A stretch of 63,945 nucleotides of DNA, filler included, from Asterionella formosa (Eukaryota), in the NCBI GenBank assembly GCA_002256025.1. It is 29 parts of 29 records of this genome, joined end to end, with 100 filler letters (N's around TTAATTAATTAA, not from the genome) between each part and the next. Parts side by side here need not be neighbours in the genome. Positions count along the whole stretch, not along the records: positions 1 to 2,114 come from NKIB01000397.1; positions 2,215 to 4,327 come from NKIB01000398.1; positions 4,428 to 6,540 come from NKIB01000399.1; positions 6,641 to 8,753 come from NKIB01000400.1; positions 8,854 to 10,965 come from NKIB01000401.1; 24 more parts are not named here. One strand, given 5' to 3'. The notes beneath the pieces were generated by a model. That model was not told where the DNA came from, ran no database searches, and worked only from the letters and a program-made list of their open reading frames with translations. Shown here in pieces: positions 1 to 11,065 of the stretch; the first letter of the stretch is position 1; each line of letters opens with the position of its first letter. Both the position numbers and the translations under genes were made by a program.

Positions 1-460
1 AAAATGAAATGCGTTCTAATCAGAATCATTCTATAACTATAGCTATGTGGACAGTAGTCTGTTACGCACATTTTCGTATCTCCTTCTATGCTGAATCTCA
101 ATAGTAGATGTAGTATCATGTGAGAATAATTGAAAATGTCAACGAGAACAAGTAGAATGTGTTTGTTTACGGGTTGATTGGCGAGATTGTCATGCTGAAG
201 TGGACGAAACGGATATACTTTTTGCGCAAAATCGGAAGTTGGTAGGGTTTATAATGTCGTTTATTTCTCCGTTCTGAATGATTGGACCATTAATAGCAGC
301 AGCATCATGATCTACTAAACTATCAAGGAATAAACCATTATCAAAGTCATCGGCATCAAAACAAACTGTTTGAACGAAATCAATTGAACTTTCAAATGAA
401 TTATTTGAAACATCAACTAATTCAGTCTCGCGTTCAAAATTCATTGTGAAAACTTCACAT
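1..460 (-). repeat. Composite dispersed repeat (copy A); matches ~47875-48340 on + and contains a Plavaka-like N-terminal fragment
   Basis: Reverse complement aligns by eye almost base for base with ~47875-48340; ~227-384 also matches 29167-29324; 1-209 is the inverted copy of 1835-2040. Confidence 0.9.
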
Positions 461-601
461 GAAACAGTTAAAACTTCACATGAAACCGTTAAAAGTAACC
501 TTTTTTACGTGAAGAGTGGCATTAATGCATGTGAAGTACCACATAATTAACACTCATACGTAGACGAAATTTCGAAAAGTGGCGTATTTCGCGTCTTAGA
601 T

Positions 602-1300
602 GTGGTACTTGAGAAAAAGGATGCATTGGGACTCCAGACAAAGTATAATTTGATTCGTCCTGACCGGCTGCTTTTTGTTGACGAGGTGGGATCAAAAACA
701 TCTCAAACTAAAGATGGCAATGTGGGGGGAGAGTTATTTCTCTGTGGAAAGGGTGAGCGACCACAGCAAAGATCGGCACATAAAGATGCACACTTTAACG
801 TTCTTGGGTTTACAGCTGCAAATGGGAATCCAATTATGTGTGCCATCATTCATTTTTGCTGCTAAGACTCTCGAATATGAATGGGTACTTGGTCTTGATC
901 CATTTGCAGAGTGGGTGGGAGATGAAATCAACTTGTTAGCGAACAGTGGAAAGAACAAAAGGTACCCGCAAGGACCAGTGTGCACAGTTGATGGAGTCAA
1001 CTTACCTGCCATTGAAGATGGAAGTATCACAGCAGAGCTATTTGTTGGAATGCTTGTACACATGGACAAAACCGGAATTTTTGCACGGGACACTGGCCCA
1101 CCACCTTTCTTAATTCTAAGAAAGCGAACCATTGTCAGGAATTCTCACTCAATAAAGTTGACAGTGTCGGAATAGTAAGCCCTGCATGGGATGAATCATT
1201 TGGTCAAGTTACCTGCAACAGGACTGCAATTGCCAACCGAGGCTAGGGCCCACTCAGCTATAATGTTCTCAATCACTCTGAAATCCAACTTACAAAGACA
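602..1300 (+). pseudogene. Degenerate pogo-like (DDE_1) transposase
   Basis: LLFVDEVGSKTSQTKDG...HFNVLGFTAANGNPIMCAII, then a frameshift to FAAK...GSITAELF...PPFLIL; internal deletion before a C-terminal AWDESFG...RG*GPLSYN segment. Confidence 0.75.
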
Positions 1301-1371
1301 ACACTGAAAAATAGCACCCAAAACAACAACACTGCAAATGCTACGTCTGCAAAAAAAAATATCAAATTTCC

Positions 1372-1467
1372 ATGATGCATCATAAGATTGTGATCATCTG
1401 ATCATAATATTTCGTTATATCATCAAATAATTTTGATAAATGCCCTTGTAATTTAAATGGTAACCCT
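1372..1467 (+). repeat. ~95-bp GATC-rich dispersed repeat; second copy at 44011-44108
   Basis: atgatgcatcata...gatcatctgatcataat...ttttgataaatgcccttgtaattt...gtaaccc is near-identical at both sites. Confidence 0.85.
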
Positions 1468-1834
1468 TTTGACTACATATATTTAATTATTATGTGTATT
1501 CTTTCTATTAGATTCCTGTATTCGAATTTTTTGGTTGGATAATGTACCAGCTGAAGTAATGTAATTTGGCTCGTCATTTACATCTTTCATCACTGATCTT
1601 TCATCACTGTGATTTTTGCAACAACAACGAAGAAACAAAATTCTAGCGATGACAAGTGGAATGATTGTTTGCGATAACGACGTCTTCAATTGTTGGTCAA
1701 GTGATCATTATATCTTCGAGTAATCGTCATGTGCAGTGAACCTTTGTTCATAATCATTCAATTAAGAGTTTACAGGAGAGAAGAAACCATTCGAACTCGT
1801 AATGGTTCCGCACACAGCGCACAAAGTAAATCCA

Positions 1835-2114
1835 TTTCGTCCACTTCAGCATGACAATTTCGCCAATCAACCCGTAAACAAACACATTCTACTTGTTCTC
1901 GTTGACATTTTCAATTCTCACATGATACTACATATACTATTGAGATTCAGCATAGAAGGAGATACGAAAATTTGCGTAACAGACTATTGTCCACATAGCT
2001 ATAGTTATAGAATGATTCTGATTAGAATGTATTTCATTTTCATATCGCTCGCTCGTTTCTGCATTTGGCATACTGTACTTGAATTAACTATTGAACTTGT
2101 CTGCATCTTTGATA
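1835..2114 (+). repeat. Composite dispersed repeat (copy B), inverted relative to 1-209; matches ~48139-48417
   Basis: Direct sequence identity with few substitutions. Confidence 0.9.
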
Positions 2115-2214
2115 NNNNNNNNNNNNNNNNNNNNNNNNNNNNNNNNNNNNNNNNNNNNTTAATTAATTAANNNNNNNNNNNNNNNNNNNNNNNNNNNNNN
2201 NNNNNNNNNNNNNN
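2115..2214. other. Artificial contig linker (44 N + TTAATTAATTAA + 44 N); first of 28, recurring about every 2.2 kb to 61745-61844
   Basis: Identical 100-nt spacer with six-frame stop codons separates contigs of about 2101-2114 nt in roughly decreasing length. Confidence 0.99.
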
Positions 2215-3535
2215 CGTTTGTCAAGTTTAGGTAAGTTAACATAACTGGCAAGAGATAAAAACAAATCATTGAAGATTGCTTCACTAATGAAATGAGTCAT
2301 ATCATTTTACGACAAAGAATCTATTGATTTTTCATCAAATGACATAAATGGATCACTACCAAGTGAACTGGGTCTATTGAAAAGTGTTGCATATTTGAAT
2401 GTAAGCAATAATCAGCTTACTGGACCAATTCCAATGGAGCTTGGACAGTTGACCAACATCACAACGTTGTCATTGTATAGAAACAAGTTGACAGGAACAC
2501 TTCCACCAGAAATTGGCCAATGGGCTAACCTTGTTGTTAAATTGTTTCTACAAAATAATATATTACAGGGACCACTTCCGACAGAGATTGGATTGTTGAC
2601 AAAACTATCAGCATTGTATATGAACTATAATGACTTCACCGGTTCACTTCCTTCAGAAATTGGATATTTGACAAATCTCATTGATTTTAAAGCAAATTCC
2701 AACAGTCTCTTTGGTACACTTCCTACAGAGATTGGATACCTGAGAGGTCTAACATCATTGTATGTACAGGAAAACCAGTTGACTGGTCCGCTTCCTTCAG
2801 AAATTGGCTATTTGAAAAATATCATTGATTTTAGAGCAAATTCCAACCGTCTCTTTGGCACAGTTCCTACAGAGATTGGATTCTTGACAGGTCTAACAGT
2901 ATTAGTTCTTTGGGAAAACCAGTTGACTGGTGCACTTCCAACAGAAATTGGCAATTTGAAAAATATGGCATTATTTGCTGCAAGCACAAACCATTTCAAC
3001 GGAACACTTCCTTCAGAAATTGGATTCTTGACAAGTCTAACTTTATTGTATTTATATGATAATCAATTGACTGGTGCACTTCCAACAGAAATGGGCAATT
3101 TGACAAGCATTGCAGATTTTCAAGCAAGCACAAACCATTTCAATGGGACACTTCCAACAGAGATTGGATACTTGACAAATCTAACAAAATTGTATCTACA
3201 TGATAATCAATTGACTGGTTTACTTCCTACAGAGATTGGATTCTTCACAAATCTAACAATATTGTATATTCACTCCAATAAGTTTACTGGTGCAATTCCC
3301 ACAGAAATTGGTCTCATGTCTTCATTGAGTAAGTTTAGTTTATCTGAAACTGACATTTCTTGACCATTTGTTCTAAAATTTCACTTTCTTGACAGCCACA
3401 TTAAATTTTGGAAAGAACAATTTTACAGGGCCAGTTCCAACAGAAGCATGTAATATTGCAACAATAATTTTTTGCCCACCACTGATTTGCAACTGTGGTA
3501 GCTACTGTTCCGCAATTAAGCTCGATTGTGATTAA
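2215..3535 (+). CDS. Leucine-rich repeat protein, 5'-truncated (introns 2231-2317 and 3329-3395)
   Basis: Tandem 24-aa plant-specific-type LRRs (NxLTGxLPTEIGxLTxL); both GT..AG introns restore frame; Cys-rich tail ends at TAA 3533-3535. Confidence 0.88.
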
Positions 3536-3959
3536 TCATTTTTGCTCTGATGATTTGTGAACATGCATAATAATAATTTTCTTTCTTAAAGCCGCCAGTA
3601 GTTAAATACCAAGTATCTGCTGGTATTGATTCGAGTCATTTATATTTAATTTTAAATATCAGCAAATTGTTTGTCTATTTTCTGTCCTGGAATCTTGGCA
3701 TGGCATTGTCTGGTGTTGGCGTGGGCAATTCATCAAAATAAATCCACTAGCTTGCCTGTTGAGCAGTCCATCGTTTAGTGGGATCCCACTTCATTATATT
3801 GGAGAATAACGTGAGACCGACTGGTGATATTCCTAGAAAGCGATCCCACAGTTTTGCAGGTATAATGTATGGTAGGAAGTTCAATGGTCTCATTTGCAAT
3901 CAAGGGTAGTTCTAAAATACCTGGCCGTATGGCCTCATGTGGTGTGCCTACTGTGAGAA

Positions 3960-4156
3960 TTATGCATTTCTCATGTGCCCTTGCTCCCTGGTGCCAGGGG
4001 TGCAGTGCCATTGAGGACTGGATGGTCGCCAATCCTCATGGTACAAAGGTGAAGCGGCAGGATGTCGCTCAGTGGGTTTGGACAGCTTGGCTGAGGGTGT
4101 CACAATCAACAATTTTGAACACTTGGAATGCGGTTGGTTACATTGCAAGCGATTGA
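3960..4156 (+). pseudogene. C-terminal fragment of a pogo/DDE_1-type transposase
   Basis: KVKRQDVAQWVWTAWLRVSQSTILNTWNAVGY resembles the helix ending DDE_1 domains; upstream part is missing. Confidence 0.55.
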
Positions 4157-4427
4157 TGACTCTATTTTATTCAAAAAGTGTAGCATGTGACTAGAAATAA
4201 AACTTTATAGTCTGTTTAAGCATGCTCTATTGTTATATTATTGATTTGTAGAAGCAATTCCATAGCGTTGATGTTAAACAGCTTAAGTCGTAATTTACGA
4301 TTTGATTTTTCGTGTTGAAGCTAGTAGNNNNNNNNNNNNNNNNNNNNNNNNNNNNNNNNNNNNNNNNNNNNTTAATTAATTAANNNNNNNNNNNNNNNNN
4401 NNNNNNNNNNNNNNNNNNNNNNNNNNN

Positions 4428-5021
4428 TCCTTTGATGGGCTAACATTGGCCATAGGTGCAGACTTGAATAACAATGAGGCAGGTTATGTTCAAGTATTTA
4501 GTTTTAATGGTACAGATTGGCAGCAAGTTGGTCAAGATTTGAATGGAACTGCTGGTGAAAAGTTGGGATTTTCCGTAGCACTCGCTGGCAATGGTACCAT
4601 ATTAGCTGCTGGAGCACCTTTAAATGACTACAATGGCACTGACTCTGGTGCTGTTCATGTTTATGTCTTAATTGACAACCAATGGAGTCAAATGGGGAAC
4701 ACCATTTTTGGAGAGGTATCATATGATAAATTTGGGATAAAGGTTGATATTTCTTTTGATGGTCTTACTTTGGTTGCTGGTGCACCAATGAATGAAGAAA
4801 ATGATTTTGTTGGTGCTGGAAAACTTCGAGTATTTCATTTTGATGGTCAAGACTGGCAAAAAGTTGGTCAAGATGTAGATGGCAAGTCTACTTCTGATAG
4901 GTTTGGGTCTTCTGTGTCAATTTCTGGAGATGGTACCATCATTGTTGGTGGAGCGCCTTTTAGCAACAATGGTGGAAGTGAAATTGGCAATGTTCGTATA
5001 TTTTCATTTGACAAACATTAA
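4428..5021 (+). CDS. FG-GAP / integrin-alpha-type beta-propeller repeat protein, C-terminal fragment
   Basis: Repeats of FGxSVxISxDGxxxxxGAP...GxVxVF...WQQVGQD; open from contig start to TAA 5019-5021. Confidence 0.85.
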   Translation, partial: SFDGLTLAIGADLNNNEAGYVQVFSFNGTDWQQVGQDLNGTAGEKLGFSVALAGNGTILAAGAPLNDYNGTDSGAVHVYVLIDNQWSQMGNTIFGEVSYDKFGIKVDISFDGLTLVAGAPMNEENDFVGAGKLRVFHFDGQDWQKVGQDVDGKSTSDRFGSSVSISGDGTIIVGGAPFSNNGGSEIGNVRIFSFDKH

Positions 5022-5304
5022 AAAAAGCTTAAGCATATTTATTCTACAAAAGAATACTAGCTATGTATAATATCTCATTTGTACTCCCCTATTTCTGGTG
5101 GGCATGTCTTTCATTGTGCTACCTGTTGACCTGACCACCTTTTGAGATAGATGATTTCCTTAGTGAAGGCCAATCTTAACAGAGATTCAAAATATTTTTT
5201 GTTGTATCTTCAGAAAAAAATGAATCTTTACAGAGGTACATTTCACAAATATATCTCTGTATTTACTGAGTAGATTTTTCTATGCACAAAGTAGGTTGCT
5301 TGAC

Positions 5305-5450
5305 ATTGGCAAGTTGAAGTTAGCAGTTAGCTATTTCATTTCAGTAGTTAGCAAATGAAGTCAGCAGTCAGAGAATATTTCAAATTTTCAGCAAATCAAG
5401 TCAGCAGTGAGCAAGAAGTAGTCCGAGTTCAGCAAGTTAAAGTTGGTAAA
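5305..5450 (+). repeat. Cluster of degenerate short repeats (aagtcagcagt / agttagca) truncating the ARM-kinase gene
   Basis: Several imperfect AAGT(C/T)AGCAGT units in ~150 nt; possibly subterminal repeats of a DNA transposon (inference). Confidence 0.5.
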
Positions 5451-5489
5451 CAGCTATTCTGCTATAAAAGGTGGCAGCGCTTTTCCGTT

Positions 5490-6540
5490 TGAGGGGTGAT
5501 GATTGCTGATGCAGGAGGTATCACTACGATTCTGTCTGCAATGAAGATTCATTCCTCAAATGCTACTGTGCAAGAAAAAGGTTGTGGAGTACTTTGTTGC
5601 TTAGCTTTTAATGACAACAACGAGGTGATGATTGCTGAAGCAGGAGGTATCACTACAATTCTATCTGCGATGTATAACCATTTCTCCAATCTTAATGTGC
5701 AATACTGTGGTTGTGCAGCACTTATGAAGTTGGCTACTAATAATGAAAGCATCAAGCTGATAATTGCCAATGCTGGTGGAGAAGATGCAATTAAATCTGC
5801 TATTCGAAATCACTCATCCAATGCTGGTGTCTGGGAAAAAGGTCATGAAGCACTTCTTATGATTCAACCAATTTCAACAACATCCAAGAGAGCGCATGTT
5901 CCTTCCTTAACCACTCCAACACCAAGCAGTAGCAATTCAACTGATCTCATTTCTGAAGGTCAATCGAAAATGAAGGAAGCTATCGACAATGTGAAATCAA
6001 GACCAATCGAGCTTTCTGCTGAATTCATTACTTATTGTACAAACAATTTTGCTGAAGACAGAAAACTTGGTCAAGGAGCTTTTGGTGCTGTTTACAAAGG
6101 CCAAGATGACAATCGGGATTTTGCTGTTAAATGTATTCTATTCAATATTGCTGTTGAGAAAAATAAGGTGGAGGAAGTTACCAAGGGTTTTAAAAGAGAA
6201 TTGCAGGTGAGCTCATTTGTGGTATCAAATATTGCATTTCGTTTCAAGTCTTTATGTTTCTCATTCTACTGTCATACTGTTTCAGGCCTTGAAGAGGTTC
6301 CGACACCCCAATATTGTAACTTTGTATGGCTATCATTTGTCCCCTAATTCGCTTTATCAATACCTTGTGTTTGAGTATGCATCCAATGGTTCACTTGAGA
6401 CATTCTATAGGAGTGAACAAAAAAGGGCAGGTCTCTCAAGTAAGATCTGACTTCGAATCATGTTCGAAATCTTTTGTGCCATCCACTACCTTCATACTGG
6501 TACAAAGGACAACCTTGGTCTGTTTCATCGTGATATCAAG
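5490..6540 (+). pseudogene. Armadillo-repeat + IRAK/Pelle-like Ser/Thr kinase, truncated at both ends; intron 6207-6285; in-frame TGA at 6448-6450
   Basis: Three ARM repeats (IAEAGGITTILSAMxxHxSNxxVQxxGCxxL); TNNFAEDRKLGQGAFGAVYKG, AVK, FKREL|ALKRFRHPNIVTLYGY, YLVFEYASNGSL, IHYLH, FHRDIK. Confidence 0.85.
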
Positions 6541-6640
6541 NNNNNNNNNNNNNNNNNNNNNNNNNNNNNNNNNNNNNNNNNNNNTTAATTAATTAANNNN
6601 NNNNNNNNNNNNNNNNNNNNNNNNNNNNNNNNNNNNNNNN

Positions 6641-8753
6641 CTGGTCCAACAATAATTTATTTTAACTAGCTAATTTAACTAATTAACTTTATTGAGTTGT
6701 TTCCAGAGCTTGAAAGCAGCTGATTCCGAAGCTTGCTTCTTTAACAGGAACTTCGACACCACCAGTGCGTGGGGAAGGGAAAATCAAGAAGGAGGACATT
6801 CCTACTATCATCAAGACCCCATTCCTTGGTGAAAGCGCTTTGTTACAAATTCCATACTGGTCCGATGCGATGCGCACGCCTCTGGAAATTCCATACTGGT
6901 CCAATGCGCACGCCTCTGGACAATGATCCAACTGTAGTAGGTTGTGGTATGCATGGTGCCGTGCCGGTGGGGCTGGTATGATGGTATTCTTCTTCATACT
7001 ATCTTGTACAGAAGGCAGGTGCACCTACACCTAGCGAAGGGGAGATTGAGACTTGGGAGGAGGCATTCGATTTTTGTTCCTTTGAGTGTTGGTGAAACTG
7101 GTCCGCTAAAGTTGATTGTCAAGATAGGTCATGAGTGAGTCACGCTAGAACAAAAAACGGATTCAATAAGCAATCACGAAAGAGACTTTGACTTTGCCAA
7201 TCCGCTCCGCTCCGCTCCGTTGCCTGCTTGCTTGCTTGCTTCCTTTCCATTGACCAGAAGAAGCAATAAAACCACTCTCCATAGTGGACACGAACAAAGC
7301 TCGATCGCACAAGCGCGGCACTCACATCAGCAACCCGTTCTGTTCTGTTCTGTTCTGTTCCGTTCCGTTCCGTTCCGTTCCGTTCCGTTTCGTTTCGTCG
7401 CGTTCGCGTTCGCGTTGACGTGAATCTCAGTTACCACCGGTCACCCATTGCGCCGTGCATCGCTTACTTTCATTTCTCGTCATGCTCACACTGGAGAATA
7501 CCGGCTCAGCAGCCCACTCGCCACTCGCCGTATTCGTCCTCCAAAAGTCAAAGGTCCCTCCCGAATCTCGCCGGTTCCCACTGAGTCGATGAAGAAAGCA
7601 AGAAGCACCCGTGTGTCAACCGTAACAACAAAGTATGCCTAGCGGGAGACCGCCATCGAGGTTGGACCTTAGGGAGCCAGCCTTTTTTTCGTAGTTGTGG
7701 TGGGGATCGCTCATCACGAGGGATTGTACGAACAAGCGCGCAATAAGACAAGCGTTAGATGCGATATTTAAAAAAGCATCAAGATTTCGCATGTGGATGG
7801 TTTGTTTGTACTTTACATTTTATAGGTTTTTTATTTATTTTATGAACAAAAGCGCAAAAGTGTACCGGAAATAATATTCTCATTATTATTACCGGTATTA
7901 TTAGACTACTGATCACGATGATTTGTGAAGAAGCATTTGAACAGATCGCCCACCATGACGGCACTGTTTTTCTTGCATCGGCACTAAAATACAAATGTCA
8001 TAGAGCAAGAATGACGACGCAAAGGAAGGTACCAGTACTGGTAGCAGGTACCTGGTACCAGTACCGCTATGTATATCGCTGCACACAAATTCAATTACCG
8101 GTACCTGGTACCAGGTACCGCGGGTAGGCTGATACCATGTGCCTGGTATCAGGTACCGGTACCAGGTACCTGGTATAGAATATGATGGTCTATGTGCCAG
8201 TAAATAAATACGTGGTACCGTATACTGTCAATATGTAAACGGTAGAAAGATGTATGTATATGACGTATACATATCGACAAGCAGTCCAAAAATATCATCA
8301 GTCATCGCCAATCTGGAGAAGAGACCTAAAGTTCAATGCCATACCGGTTAGTACAGTATAGATATAGCAGAAATAAAATAGGTGAGCCTATTAGACTGAA
8401 GTATTTCGAGCTATTTATCGTACATTGTCCATATATATCAACTTGAATCGTGGCCGTTTCGATTTGATGTGGTTGCCTCTTGCTTGCCTTGACTCTATTC
8501 AATTTTTGCTTTGCCACGGTTTTGCTCATAGAATACGACGAACAGTGTTTTATGCCAAACAAATAATGTAAGTTTTCGTCAATTGAATTGCTCGTCTCAT
8601 CTCATCTCATCTCATCTCGTCTCGTCTCGTCTCTTCTCGTTCGTTCCTTCCTGCCTGCTTTCGACTCGCTCTACTTCCCTCATCATGGGAAGGAGACGAG
8701 AAACTGCAGTTCCAGTTACAGTTCCAATTCCAATTCCAATTCCAATTCCAATT
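6641..8753 (+). repeat. Non-coding microsatellite-rich contig, duplicated at 55234-57337
   Basis: Same first and last bases; differs in a few SNPs and in unit numbers of the GTTCT/GTTCC/GTTCGC tract (2113 vs 2104 nt). Also CCGCT, GCTT, CATCT/CGTCT and CCAATT runs. Confidence 0.95.
8027..8222. repeat. GGTACC/CCWGG/CCGG palindromic low-complexity array
   Basis: ggtaccagtactggtagcaggtacctggtaccagtacc...accggtacctggtaccaggtacc...caggtaccggtaccaggtacctggta. Confidence 0.85.
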
Positions 8754-9175
8754 NNNNNNNNNNNNNNNNNNNNNNNNNNNNNNNNNNNNNNNNNNNNTTA
8801 ATTAATTAANNNNNNNNNNNNNNNNNNNNNNNNNNNNNNNNNNNNNNNNNNNNGAGAATTGATTGATTGATTGTACCGGCAATTTGTGTAGTCGTGGATG
8901 CAGGTATCAGTGCCGAAAGAAGTGTTATTCTTTGGGAGTTTATAGCAAAGAAAATGTGAAAGCGGAAAAATAATAATTGAGTCGATATTGGAGACATTTG
9001 GTTATGTGGTGAGCCGAAACCAGCACAATTTCGCCATTATACTGTAGCAATGGCTAGCTGGTCAGTGAATATTGTTGCGAACACACATAATTATCGGTTT
9101 TATCACAGATAATTATTCGAAAAGTGAAATAAATTTTGTTTTAGAACACATAAATTCTTGCTCAACCTAAATAAC

Positions 9176-9266
9176 GAAGTGGCAGTTATCCCCCTAGGAA
9201 TCGGAACTATCCCAAGAAAGGGGCTACGAAGCTTTAAAAAAATCTACTGGGGATAACTGACACTTC
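9176..9266. repeat. Short inverted repeat (18-bp arms, 1 mismatch), MITE-like or transposon end
   Basis: gaagtggcagttatcccc (9176-9193) vs ggggataactgacacttc (9249-9266); no TSD seen. Confidence 0.7.
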
Positions 9267-10068
9267 TCTCCAGATATGAAGTCCTTACCATATCTGAGTA
9301 TAGATCATATCCCTAAGTCGAGCAATGATTGTATATAAGCATATGCAAAGTGGTGGTATTGTTGAAAGCTAAGTTTTCCTTTAACTATTTTATTTAGTTG
9401 TACGTTCTGTGTAGATTGAAGTACATCATAAAATTATTTTGAAGAAAAACAGACCTCGCGACGTGACCCTTCATATCCTTTCTCTTGATTGCAGCGACGA
9501 TACGAAATTAATTTAGCTGAAAACAATGCAAAGAAGTTAGAATTCTTTTTACCAACAAAATTAATTGTCCTTTTAGTCGCATCTAGTTTGAAGTACACCA
9601 ACATGTTGTATATGCAGGATTCCATAAATTTATTTAGCCTTTTGTAGGACGATACTACGATCCAGTACGCTACCGGACAATCGTCCGGGAGACCGCCGTG
9701 AAAGTGATCTTCAGTATAACTTCAACCGAAAATCACTATATGTAGCGTCACCGTTTCCGCCTTGATGGTCGGCAGTTCGATCATTCTTTTCTAAAAGAAT
9801 ACCAAAACCGGACGATCGTCCGGTGGAGCTTCGAAATGGAATCCTGCTACTTTGTCCGGTAGAACTGAACTGATGATGCTTTCTTGTGCTTGCGTTCGGA
9901 TAAATACCATTATCACCTTTTGCTGCCATTCTCAGTTGTCTGGATTTTCTCTACTCTTTCAAGTAGCAATTGACAACACTCAAGAGCAAAGTATAGGAAG
10001 CATACATTAAGTTTACTGGTACAACGCTGACATTTTGATCTGGGTAGTGCGCACAATCAGTAAGCAAG

Positions 10069-10854
10069 ATGGAAGGAGTGGACGAGATCAACAAATCGGG
10101 ACATTCGTCGCTGCCAAGCAGCGACGGCAACTTACGAACCCCCAGTCAGACTGCTGGCACACGGAAAATTAGTGCGGTGAAACGAAGAAGTTCCCTCTTT
10201 TCTATGGCAAGAATGAGCTTTGTTCGATCTGGTGGTCAGCGAGGTGCAAGCTTGGAAACGCTTCGTGGTACGACTGGCGGTGACTTTGAGGCGAATGCTG
10301 AAGTGGAACGTGGAACGGGCGCGAGCATTGGCTGCTGTTGTTTTGGTTCTGCTGGATTGGTATGTTGCGCCTGTATTTTCTAATTTTTCTACAAGGGATG
10401 AAGTAGAATCTCTCACCACCTATTTTCATAAAATATTTAACAGGACAAGAACGTGATTGTTTTTATCAAGGGCCCCTTCTGCTTTGTTTACAAAGACGAT
10501 AAAGCGGCTGCTCCAAAGTATGCTATAAGTCTGTCTCAGATGAAATCTTCGGTTAAAGAACCCACCCATAGAAAATTACCAGTGACTCTTGGAACTTTGC
10601 TGGGAGATGTTGACTACGAGATTTTCTTTGCCGACCAGGAAACTGCGAACCTCTTTTCTCATGTTGTTAGCCAGCAAGCGTCGGCTAGCGAAACCGAAGC
10701 CATTCGAAAGCGGCTTGGACATGAGCACCTGCTGCACAAGCGTGCGTCTGTTCGATATGCCGAAACTATAGCAATGAAGAAAATTAACGACCAACCCGAT
10801 GCTCCGGTCACTACCGTCGAGCTCATGGATACTGTTCAAATGGAGGCTTTTTGA
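10069..10854 (+). CDS. Two-exon hypothetical protein, 233 aa, possible PH-like fold (intron 10360-10443)
   Basis: GTATGT..AACAG phase-0 intron joins the two ORFs in frame; the VFIKGPFCFVY...PKYAISL pattern suggests a PH-like domain (inference). Confidence 0.75.
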
Positions 10855-11065
10855 TCAAAAAATGCGACTATTTGTCTGTTTTTACTGATATGGTTGAAGA
10901 GTGAATGACTTATAAGAGTTAGCTCCATACATAGGTTTTATTCAAGCATGCATTTATAGCTACAANNNNNNNNNNNNNNNNNNNNNNNNNNNNNNNNNNN
11001 NNNNNNNNNTTAATTAATTAANNNNNNNNNNNNNNNNNNNNNNNNNNNNNNNNNNNNNNNNNNNN

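Noticed and set aside
2159..2170. Regularly spaced TTAATTAATTAA as a CRISPR-like or regulatory repeat
   Set aside because: Synthetic six-frame stop linker inside N runs; ORFs ending in X...LIN are artefacts.
6689..8562. Short ORFs conserved between the twin contigs, including a faint DDSRNVLLL HNH-like phrase on the minus strand
   Set aside because: Conservation is due to duplication; frames are stop-ridden and the motif is too short.
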